DNA of 64,000 bases from Lama glama (lineage: Eukaryota): contig CM052816.1 of the NCBI GenBank assembly GCA_028534125.1, forward strand, positions 44,332,001 to 44,396,000, written 5' to 3'. Numbering within the stretch: position 1 is the first letter of the stretch; each line of letters starts with the position of its first letter. The position numbers were made by a program, and so were the translations under genes. Positions 25,766 through 37,060 of the stretch are shown one piece after another. The notes below the pieces were generated by a model, which made no database searches, was not told where the DNA came from, and was given only the letters and a program-made list of their open reading frames with translations.

Positions 25766-27944
25766 ATCTATATAAGACCGTTAATCAAATCAAGTGAGAA
25801 CCAGGTATTTTATTTGAAAACATCTTGGCCCAGCTAATCTCAGATATTACTCTAGGTATCTACCCAATGGCCATTAGTGACAGAAATGCTGTCACTATTC
25901 AAAAGTGAATCTTTCTGGGATTCATAATTCTATTGGATATTATACAACACATCTAAAATAAGGCTTTAGTCTAATGCACTGATTTACACACGCTCATTTA
26001 TAGGAAGGTAAAGTTCTTCCTAAAACTACTGAAACACTCTCTTATCTTACTGATCATTTCTTTGCCTGATTTTAAGGAATTCATTTTTGTTTAATTTCCT
26101 CGGTATATTAATACTGTGAAAGTTTAGGAACCTCCTCCAAAATTAGAAAATTAGTAGGCCAGAAATCTTAGAAAAGCAAATAGCTTCTAGGAATCCTGTG
26201 AGCCAAAATTGTATATTAAATTTGTTAAGGCTACTCTTGGGAATCTGCTAACTACTGTACCATTTAAAATTTCAGCAGAAGAGTGGATCTGACTTTCCAG
26301 CTCATCATGCATTAGAAACAGAAACCAGAAGAAACAAATGAGTAAATAAAAGTCATCACTTAGTATAAAGAAGAAAGCTTGGCTACACAAAAGCTGACAT
26401 GGAGTTGTGTTATTACAATGTTTAAATATAAATATTCAAAACAATAACCTACATTATCAATAAAGGGTTAAAATGTGTTCAATCTTAGGAATTTAGAAAA
26501 AATAATATACTGTGGAAAATGTCTTAAATTTATTAAATTTTTAAAAATAGTTTAACTGTGAAGAGAAATATTTGCTAAAAACTACGTATGTGGCATGTAT
26601 AGTTTAAAATAAACGTTGTCTAGGTAAGACATTACTATAGTTTCCTATGGTCAGATATATTGCTCCCTGTTTCTGTGCTGCATATTGATTATGGGCAAAT
26701 ATTACAGAGATAGCACTCTGCCTTTTAATTCTTTCCATTTTCCTCACAGCCTGTAAAATAATTACTGTGTATTAGCCCAACTAACACAACTTTTTGGCCT
26801 TTTCACCCATTATCATGACTTCCATTCACTCTGTCCAGCACCTGAAACTGAGTCAGTCCTACTTGTAAGCTGTTTGTTTGGAGCTCTTTTTTGTTCTGTT
26901 CTCAAGTACTATACTCTCTTCCGCTCATTTCTCTGCCTGGTCTCCGTTAGTCTGCTAATACATGAATCTCCTCAGAAATGTTAGCATAAGTACTGGGAGT
27001 AGAAGTGAACCAATCAGAAGCCAAATTCTAGTGGATAAGAATTAAGTGTCTACTGTGATAAAACTTCCCTAGGTACTGTTGGGGATTTACATATTGTGGT
27101 AACACCTTAGGTATTAGAAATATGCACAAGTGGCATGAGCAACCAGACACCACATCATCTTCCTCTATAACAGACTAATTGCTATTGAACACGTATCTGA
27201 TTCTATTATTGACAAAGTAAGCATTCAATCTTTGGAAATAGGAAGTTATTAAATTAATTACAACATGACTAAAGTGTAGACACATGATTAAATATTTCAA
27301 GTCAATTTAAGTGCTAATGAGAAAAAGCTATAAAAGTGGAAGGATGCCTCTTAAATGTCCAGGCAATACAAATACAGAAAGAATACACAAAACAAAAGGC
27401 AGGGGGTTGACAAAAGGCAAGATGAAGAGAAAAGTAAATCAGGTAAGAAAACTGAGTGGAACAATCTGAGACTGGAGGAATAGAATAGAATAGAATGAAT
27501 CAAAGAAAATGAGAGTGGAGAGGAGATATTAGCCTTAGGAAAAAGTAAGTTCTGAGATACTCATTTGGACCATTTACAGTTTCATTTGGGATGGGTTTAA
27601 ATAAATAGCAAATGCCTATTAAATAACCTTGAATATTTTAACATTTTAGATCTAATATGGTCAGGGAAATAGTGAACTTATCTTAATTGTTATTTAAAAT
27701 TTTCTATTAATATACAATGGTGACAGACATATATTAATGTGGTTTTTTCATACACATTTTAGTGTGCATAACCTTCTCCTCTATTATCCAGAATCACCTG
27801 TCTGAGTACAAGGAGGGTGCATTTAAAATTTTTAAACTGTAATGCAAATAATAACAATGACCCCAAACATCACTTTAAATATGTACATATTTTTATGTAT
27901 TTTTAATTTCTCTATGCCATGTCTTGTCTTTAAAGCTCTGCATA

Positions 27945-28468
27945 TGTAATGGATACTATATACTGACACATTCAATATATATTTCCACTTCCTTCCAGTG
28001 TGCTTTCCTGTATGCTGAGAAGTTAAAATTACATTTCACATTCTCTTGTAGTTATGATTCCAGATTTGATTTAGCATCCACCCATCATATGTTCTCATAC
28101 ATGATTTGAATTTGAAACTACAAAGTAGAATGAGACGCAGAGTATGAGGCTCTGTTTGGTTGTTAGCAGCAGCAATATGGCCCTGTGCTTAATGACCACT
28201 TAATTGGGAGACTCCCTTAGTAATGCTAGCAGTTTCCTCATTGTGGCAAGGAGGAATAATTTGGGGGTAACCAAATTCCAGATTTTGAGCCCTGGAGCTG
28301 AATCCTGCAGTATGATACTAAAGATTACGAGTTATTCTCAAGTTTTGCCTGAAGCCAGTTCCTTCAAGGATATTTTTAGCCAGTAAATATCTGGCAATGA
28401 ATCATTTCCTTTGTAGGTTTGGAAAAGTTGTCTGTGTTGTCAGCAACCACCACCATCCAAGGATATCA
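27945..28468 (+). mobile_element. LTR33-like ERVL LTR
   Basis: TGTAATGGATACT...AAGTTAAAATTACATTTCACATTCTCTTGTAGTTA...TGTGTTGTCAGCAACC. Confidence 0.55.
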
Positions 28469-28610
28469 TATGAGAAAAAAAGGGTTAAGACATATTCGCT
28501 GATAAAGTAGGATTTTTTTCAAATTCATAGTGAAACAGTAGGCTTGATAGCCAAAGCTTTCTCAAGAGAGAAAATAAAATTCAAATTTCTTTGCTTCTCT
28601 AATGTAACAA

Positions 28611-29136
28611 TGGGGTTGAGGACATGCTATCCCGAAATATGGCACCTTCACATGTTCAAAATCTTAAACTGAAAGAATTTGAGAAAATGGGAAAAGCAGG
28701 AAGGTCACTCTGACCTCTTCCCACTCACCCTTCTTGTCTGAAAGCAAAAGATAAATCTCCCATGTGAAAGGTAACCTCCCAGTACTAAGAGAAAATTATA
28801 TATTTTTATTACCAGAGAGAGGGACTTTGGGGCCAAGAAATCTGTGCAAACAAACCCTTATCTTCCTAGTTACTAATTGAACATTTACTATCCCTAGCCC
28901 AAACTCCTTTCTCTTGTCAGTGTTTCACCAATGTATTATGTCTTCGTATACAAGGTATAAGAGGTCTTGCTCTGGTCACTACATTCGGTCTTTACTCTCT
29001 TGTGACGTCTCCCACGTCTGTGTCAAAATGCAATGAAACATGTAGGCTTTCCTCCTGTTAATCTGTCTTCGTCAGCTTAATTTTCAGTCCTGGCCAGGAA
29101 CCTAACAGGGTCAAATAAATTTTTTTCTCCCTTAGA
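28611..29136 (+). mobile_element. Second MER34-like ERV1 solo LTR
   Basis: CCCGAAATATGGCACC...GCAGGAAGGTCACTCTGACC...CTCCTGTTAATCTGTCTT; 3' end similar to 19620-19709; flanked by direct repeat GTAACAA. Confidence 0.85.
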
Positions 29137-29510
29137 GTAACAAGAGGCAGACTAGACCATTTCCTGACAGAAAGAAGAAGAACAGGGTGTTGAAGAAGGG
29201 AAGAACCTAGTGTCCGCCACGGCACTATGACTGATGGGACAAGAAAGGAGATCCAAGTGAGAGAGACAGAAGTTGAAACCTGTGTGTTTCAATCTCTTGT
29301 CTTCATGTTTGATTCCAGAGTGGAGCAGTGGGTAAGATCATGAAATGTAAAGGCAGGCGCTTTGTCTCACTTTATATCTGGAATTCTGGAAAGAGATTCC
29401 TTTGAAGGCGAGCCTATAATAAAATCTTGGGAGTGGCCATGTCAAAGAGATTCTTAACGACAAGGTAATTAAACTAGTAGGAGGGCAAGAGAGTTGCTTT
29501 CCTGAGCACA

Positions 29511-29737
29511 TGTGATCTTGTTATTATAAATAAGAAACATGTCTTTGGTCTTTGTCCCTGTTCCTCGAAGAGTTCCCTAAGACCCTTGGAATTTCCTAAG
29601 TGATGAGAACAATAAAGATATCTGTTATTACTCAACAAACCCTTTTCAACCATACTTGAGATTATGTTAATAAGGTAACTTTTGGAAAGCTCCTAAAGGT
29701 GGAGGTTGGTCGCCAGGAGAACCAAACTCCTGATTAG
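29511..29737 (+). mobile_element. Truncated LTR (MER21-like) 5' part
   Basis: TGTGATCTTG...TTTGGTCTTTGTCCCTGTTCCT...CCCTTGGAATTTCCTAAGTGATGAG...ACCAAACTCCTGATTAG. Confidence 0.6.
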
Positions 29738-29744
29738 GTGGCAT

Positions 29745-30135
29745 TATTCAAAATGTTTCCTCTTGCTCTACCTCCAGAAACAGGAGGGAATTTTTCTGAT
29801 TGTTACTGTGGGAACGTGGATGAGCTGCTGGAATTAAATGTCACCGTGCTGGGGTACCTCCTTGTGTGGTCGCCTGGAGTCTGTACCTCTCCAGTTTGTC
29901 CGTTCTGCACCTCTAGCAGTTCAGGTTTTCCTGCCCCAGCACAGGCTTCTGCTTGTGAGTTTCTGTGCTGGTAAAGCCAGGGCTTCCTGTACTTGCCTCT
30001 CTGTCTCTAATTCTGAGTGCAGTGGTGTGCCCCGTGTTCTCTTACAGAACATAGGCAAGTTGATTTTCAGTTTGTTTAGTTTTTCACTTGTTAGGAAGAA
30101 GTAAAGAGCGTTACCTGTGGAATCAGAAAACAGAC
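29745..30135 (-). mobile_element. Old L1M 5'-region fragment
   Basis: ...GTTGATTTTCAGTTTGTTTAGTTTTTCACTTGTTAGGA resembles the antisense L1MC/MD 5' region. Confidence 0.5.
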
Positions 30136-33100
30136 GTTACTAATTCTTAATTATACTCTTTTAGCATCTCAAGAATCCATTTTCTCTTCTTATTTGCACA
30201 AAAATTTCCATATCTATATCTATCAACAAGGGTCATTTGCATTATTATCATAGCTTATCTCAAGTTCCCTCTGTTTTTTGTACCTTTCCATTCCAATCCA
30301 TATCACTGTGAACTTTTTCCTCAGTCAATGATTTCATCATGTCACTCTGATATTTATGAATCTCTGGAAGATATAGTAAAACTGTATAGCAGTAATGCCT
30401 AGCACAAAGAAGTCATCTTCAATATATCAAGCATTATACTACTGTTTACTGGTGAACCTGGCCCTGTTTTGACTTGGGTAGAGTGAAGGAAGTAGAAAAG
30501 GAACCTAATCGTTTAGATGTGGCAGTTCATAACTTTATAGTTGTATTTCATCCACATATAAGAACTTTCTCAATATAAAGCTTTCTACATAAAGCAAGCA
30601 ATCAATCTACCTATCTGTCTATCCATCCTCTATTACCTATTTCCTTGAAAAGTGATACTGTCTGAACAGGACTTTAGAAAGGTCAAGATTTACACTGGGC
30701 ATGTAAGAGTGTACTTTGAAGGAAAGTGTACTTTGGACAGTAGGAAATGGTAGTGTACGTGGTGGGGGGAGGTTTATAGGGAGGGTAAAGTACAGCAAAT
30801 GAAGAAAAAACCAAGAATTAGGGCTCCTTTTAGTAAAGGGTGAAGTTTAATAACTGATACAATTCTGAAATTTAGTAAAGTGATGAGAAATATATAACAT
30901 TTGAAATGTTCTATCCAACATTTTTAAAAAAGAAAATCAAAGAATTGTCTCTCATTTTTTAAAATCAAGTAATCAGTAAGCGTTATTGCAGCGTCATGCT
31001 AAATGGACGTCAGCTTGCTTATGTTTACTGTAGAATAAAGTTTAGCTCTTTCTCTTCTCTCTGTGTAAATGTATGTATATCTATTACTTGAATGCAGCAA
31101 CAGAAAATGAGGTAACATACCATTTTTCTGGGCTAGAAATGTGTCAGCTTCTTAATATAGTTCTCTATATTTCATACTGGCATTTTTAACATCAGGAAAT
31201 GTTTAATAACAATTAATTAAATGTTTGTATGTTTATTAGTTATTCTCTTAGACTGAGCTGTCAATATTTTTACATATTCATTTTCATCAAATCTTACAAA
31301 ATATGGAAATGTTCTTTTCATAAACTGAGATGCATATTTACAAATAGAAGAGGAGAGGTGTATATATAAATCTAGTTAGGAAACTATTACGTGAGTTCAA
31401 CTTACATGTGAAATATTCTAGATTTGTAGTAGAAACAGAGCAAAACTATTGAGGTTATTCAGATATTAAAAATTGATTCTATTCCAGAGTCATTCTTGAA
31501 AGGGACTCTCTTAGAAGGAGAAAGCTCAGCCAGGCACCAACCACCTCCTTCCACGCTCATGCCTCCTCCTACACCTCCTGGGTTTTTTTTTTTTTTTTGC
31601 ATATATGCATGTTTTAGTTAAATCACTGACAAGGAAACTACCAGCCTTATGTTTTCACTAATGTTAGGAACAGCACATAGAATTTGTAATGTTAAGCATA
31701 ACAGCTGATCATACTACAGAGAAGTAGAAAAGGAGAAAAAAATGATGCCATTAGCCATGCAAATGTGTGCCACATCTGTACTCAATTGTCATTTGCATGA
31801 ATACAGCTAAGGCAGGCAGGATTGCTGTCATTAGAGCAATGCTGTTTGCACCGCTATATTGTATGTAAGGTTGTGTGGGTGTTTCCATTTACAATGCCCC
31901 CCTTCTTTTTAGGAGTTTATAATTTGGTTGTAATAATCTGCTTTCAGATGAAACATTACTACAAGTTCACAGAGGGGGAGCAATTTTAATTACAAAATTG
32001 GATTCAAATTGGCTCAGCCATATTTTAGCTGGAGAAGAGCATTTAAGTACACTAACCAAAAAAAAATACATTTTCTTTTAAAATATGAGTTTTTTAAATT
32101 GAATTTTCAAGAATATTTTTTAAGGTAGAAAATTTTACTGTTGCACTTTATGCTTGTTGGTTTTGTGTGTCATCTCCTAGCAAGAGACCAAAATTATATA
32201 CATAATTTGTCCATTTTAGTTCTCAAACTTCCAACAAAAGTCATTTTAAGTAAATGTTTTATTAATGGTTTTATTTTATCAGCTCCTGATAAATTACATA
32301 CAGTGTATTAATATAGGGTCTCTTTAGCCTCTAACAAGGCACGTGGTAGTGGATACATATTAAAGAACAATTTTACAATCAGTGTTACCTACTTGTGGAT
32401 GAATGACTTCAGCAACTTCACAGTGGCAAATAGCTTAAGTTATACAATAGAATTTAAAAAAAAATAAAAGATGCATGACTTAAAATTATGAATTTGAGTA
32501 CCTACTTTATATAGCCATTGGTTAGTAAGAGATATTGACTGTGTATTGGTTATGATCACTTTCAGCAACTTAAAATACTGCAAAGCACAAATACTTATAT
32601 ATTCCTGTGTGCTTTGTTATCTACTAATGGCTAAAAACAGTACCTAAGCTAATGCTTACAAACACAATTGAGTTACTGGTGATTGAGTTAATTCAGATTG
32701 TTTCTACAATTCTCTTGGGAAAAGAGAGTTATTTGTTAGTTTAGGTAAATCCCCATGGCTGCTGAGAACTGTCATTTTGGAAATATACAATATATATGTG
32801 CCAAAAATACATGCAAGTTTGTAGATGTATCATTTAGGTCCCTTTTGAAAGGCAGATGACACCATTAAATAGGAAAAATTTGAAGAAAAAATTTTAAACG
32901 TACTATTTATGACATGAGTGGGGTGAAAAATGGCCATAAGAAATAGTGTAACCTCTTGGGATTAATAACAGAAGAGATCCAGTACCAGGCCTAGGTCTGA
33001 AGGGCCAGAGAAGAGGGGACAGTTAAGAGGAACCTGGGGAGAGAGACTGCAAGAGGGCTGCGTGAGGGAGCTGTGACAGCAGGTCAAAAAAAAAAAAAAA

Positions 33101-33369
33101 AAAAGCATCCCAAGGGAATCAATCAGGTAATTAGCAGGGGCATTAAACATTTGGGCCTCAATTTACTCACCTGCCCTAATCTTCCTGTAATGTTCATCCT
33201 TGGCCATTGAGGAGACAAAGAGAAGGTCACCCTTGGCCATTGGAGGGACAATCCAGAACATTAAGTAATGATGAAGGTACTGAATTTAAATAGCTGCAAA
33301 ATCTTAACAGGTAAGGTTATTTTTTAAAATATGCATGTCCATGCAATTTATTACCTTACTCAAACTTTG

Positions 33370-33890
33370 ACTAATTCATGAATCCACAAGTAACTTTTGT
33401 AGAGTCTACTACATTGCAAATAGACAATTTTGCAAGATAAAGCTGGATATGACATGGTTTGTGCTACAGAAGGGAGCAAAGTGTGCTGGGGAGACAGCCC
33501 CTTACACAGATGTCTATAATTCTGGCATAAGTGCTATTTCAGTGGTACAAATTAAGTGCTGTTAAGAGGTGAGCAGCAGGTGATGCATTCATAGGAGATG
33601 AGGAGAAAGGTGTGTAGAACACATGCCTAGTGACGCTGGCCTTGAATGGTGGATATATTTCCATAAGTGAAGTGTGGAGCTTCCTGCCTGAGGAAAATGA
33701 TCTCTGTGCTACAAGAGTCCAAAAGAAATGTTTCAAGAAATATTTCACATGGGAGCAGTGTTAGTTAAAGAGAAGTCAAGGCTGATATCTTTTGGAGGGG
33801 ACTTAAATGCCAGCATATGAAATTTGTGCTTCGTTGAATAGGAAAGTCTAAATTCTAAATAATGAAATAAATAATAAATAAATGAAAGCT
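33370..33890 (-). mobile_element. L2 fragment
   Basis: ATTCATGAATCCACAAGTAACTTTTGTAGAGTCTACTAC...CTTAAATGCCAGCATATGAAATTTG. Confidence 0.55.
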
Positions 33891-35340
33891 TCTTCCTTCT
33901 AAATGAGGAAGCCATGCAATCGCAGCAGCCCATGAGAAAGATAAGCCTGGTTTCCCCAATTAGTCCGGATGATTTTGGAGAGGCTGGCGTGTTGGACAAT
34001 CCGCTTACAGTATCAGTACACCAGTAGTCACTTAAGACGATAAGGACTGAAATAGAATGGGGGCAAGAAAATAGAAAAAAGAAAGCACTAATATGAAGGG
34101 ACTTAACAGTGTATTTCAATGCTGTATTTAAATCTGAAGGAGCTGTCTCAGATCAACCAAAAAGAAAAAAAGAAGAAATATTGAGATTATTAAGTATATC
34201 ACCATCTAGTATCATGTCCTCCTGAATATAAGTTTCTTCCCAAGACACTTTTACAAAGCCAAGGGAGGCCGATCGCTTTTTCCTCTGCCTCCCTGCCGTT
34301 CCAACAAGTATCATTATCTCTAATCCCAGGCTTGCTCATCCTGCTGAGCATCCAATAGTTATTAAAGATAGCTTTTTGCAGTGTTAACTGAAGCCCTCAG
34401 TCCAGTGGCAGCATGTGGATATTTTGGCATATTTTAAACCATGCGTTTTCAAACAGTTTATTATAATTTATCTAAGACATTTTGATCTAAAAAACGTATT
34501 CACCTTACCTGGCTTAGGACACAGTGCTGGAAAGTTGCATGCTGTTCTTACTTGGGGATTCATATTGATTAAAGATGTTTGTCTGTAAATAGGTTTTGTG
34601 AAATCAAAATTCACTCGGAACCTAATCATGACAACAAAGGCATCAATAGCACTAACCCTTAAAGTTTATCAGTTAAGTCAGAAACCGAGATGTTAGTAGC
34701 GATAACAGAGTAACACACGACCCCTTCCTAAAATTTCATCTAAATATGAAATTCTTAGTGTAACTATTAAGGCTGAAAGAGGAAAGGATATCCTGTCAGG
34801 TAAGGATGCTAAGTAGTAAAGTTCTGAGTTAGGCCTGACTTTGAAAGAGTTGGAAAAGGGCCCTATGAGCAAGTCACCCTGCGCCTCTCTGGTTTTCCAC
34901 TGTCAACTCTGTTAAATTTAAGAATGGGACTTGTGGGTTCTTGCGCACCCATCCAGATGACTGGCACGATTTTTTAATTCACCTTCAAATGTGCATATGT
35001 TGATAGTGTGAGGGACCTGCCAAATAAAATGTTCAAAATGTAAAAGTGTTGTATGTTTACAAGGTGAATTTAGGAAGTTATTAAGGTGCATAATGACAAT
35101 GTATGAAGATCAAGGTTTTGTCTTCATGGAACCAAGCAGTGAAGCAAAACATTACACACACATACACACATACACATATACATCAGTCACTAAGCATATT
35201 TTCAAACATCTGGATCTTTTACATTATGGAGACCAAAACATCCAGATGTTTTCTCTGAGTTTTAGTGCTAGGCAGATTTTCGATACATCCACTGAAAGTC
35301 AGTATCACTCACCCCTAAAAAGAGTACAAGTATGGGCTGG

Positions 35341-35412
35341 GTGTGTGTGTGTGAGAGAGAGACTGAGAGAGAGAGCGACAGACACACAGAGGAAGGGAAG
35401 GGAGGAGGAAGG
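35341..35412. repeat. (GT)n(GA)n plus purine-rich low-complexity tract
   Basis: GTGTGTGTGTGTGAGAGAGAGACTGAGAGAGAGAG...GGAAGGGAAGGGAGGAGGAAGGG. Confidence 0.8.
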
Positions 35413-37041
35413 GAAAATCCCTACCCTCTTATTCCACAGAGTATAACGCAATATACCCTACAACCACTTGCTGAAAAAAAATGAGTTACATTTTAAATTT
35501 CTCCAGTTTAATGTCATCTTGACTTTAGTCTCAGACTTAAAGGAAGGATTCAGCATGACTTCATCTCTACACGGACAAAGAATACTCATTTGCAACATAG
35601 TACTGTCTAGAGTGTAGTGTGTGCGTGCATGTGTTTTCACAGTGCCTTGTGCCTTCCTATTTTTTCCTACTTGAATTCTTGCTCTCAAATATATGTAAAC
35701 CTGCACTATCCTTTTACTCCTCACTGTGTTCGTGTTGGAAACAGGTGGGGGGCAGCCTTTCAGGCGAGCTGCACGACTACTTGGGTCACCAAAGAAGTCT
35801 GCTTTCCTGACTTGTCAGCTCAAGTTACTGTGAGAAGAACAGCTCTTAAAAATGCATGACTTCATGTGGTCAAATGTGTCAAAAATGGTTTAAAATAATA
35901 CAATCCTAAGAACCATAGGGGGTGGGAGGGAACAGCAAAAAGAATTACTGGTATTTTCCTCTTTTATATCCCATATTTATAGCCAGTGCCGTAAAGGCAC
36001 ACCAGGAACACATGTGAGATGCAGTCATTTTCTCCAAATAAGTTTTGCCAAAATTACTGCATTTACGACCCTTATACTTATTAATTATCTCGATATGCAT
36101 TGCTGGAGTGTCTATCTCTAAATTCATGTGCTTTGACTAGAAGGAAATTCTTGCTGTAATCATAAAATGAGGAAGGACATTGTTGAGTGTAACTTCTGAC
36201 TGCTAGGCTGTAACACTCTGGGAGTAGTCACAAGAGAAACCACATGCTTAGGTGAATCATTTACAAGTTTTAAAGCAATCCTACTCTTTTACTTTAAATG
36301 AAAAGAAGCGTGCAACAATACTGAATGGCTAAGAGAATTTCCTAATTATGCTCATTCTTTTTTCAAAGTTGTGTCAGCATACAGTTTACTAGGATCCCCT
36401 GAGTTACGCATAATTTTAAGTCTAATTGTTACGAAACAGGAAATATTTTAACTTTATATGATTGGATTATTGTGTATATTATGTGCCTAGTCATGAGGAA
36501 AATCGCCTTAATATTCTAAGGAGTCCACTAGTTGGAACATGTTTTTTCTTTTCTCTTTAAAGATGTTACTTTACTTTCGTAGTTTGAAAGTCGCATTCCA
36601 TATCCTACACACTATTCACTGACGGTACCAAAGCCAGCAAAAATATGTACATTAGTTTACGTAGACGGAGCTACCTTTACTCATTCAAGTTAAGCAAACT
36701 GGTGCACAGTAAGGTAACCTGCACCCTCGGAAGCTGCGCGGTGTGCTGCTGTGGGCTCTTCACAAACTAGCGCACTGCGATTTTGCAGGTACGTATTTGG
36801 GAGCCTTTTCAAAAACAAGCCACATCATTTTATTTCTGAAAAATGATTAGTATGGTAGCCTAAAATTTTCACAGTGCAAATTGTATTTTATTCTGGAAAT
36901 TCACATAGGCCTAAATTTAAATAGGCTGTCATCATTTCCTTAGCCTAACAGCACAGAAGAAACTAAATATATCTGAAGGTATTTTTCTTTGCAAATTCAG
37001 GCCTGTAAGAGCTGGTGAGGATAAGTAAACAGTTGGCAAGG

Positions 37042-37060
37042 AACTCCCTCTTGTGGTCAA
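37042..37060 (-). promoter_or_regulatory. Candidate CTCF motif
   Basis: Minus strand TTGACCACAAGAGGGAGTT resembles the CCAC-AG-GGGC core; motif match only. Confidence 0.35.

Noticed and set aside
34508..34582. Possible minus-strand exon (CAG|GTAAGG donor)
   Set aside because: Weak polypyrimidine tract and no recognisable peptide.
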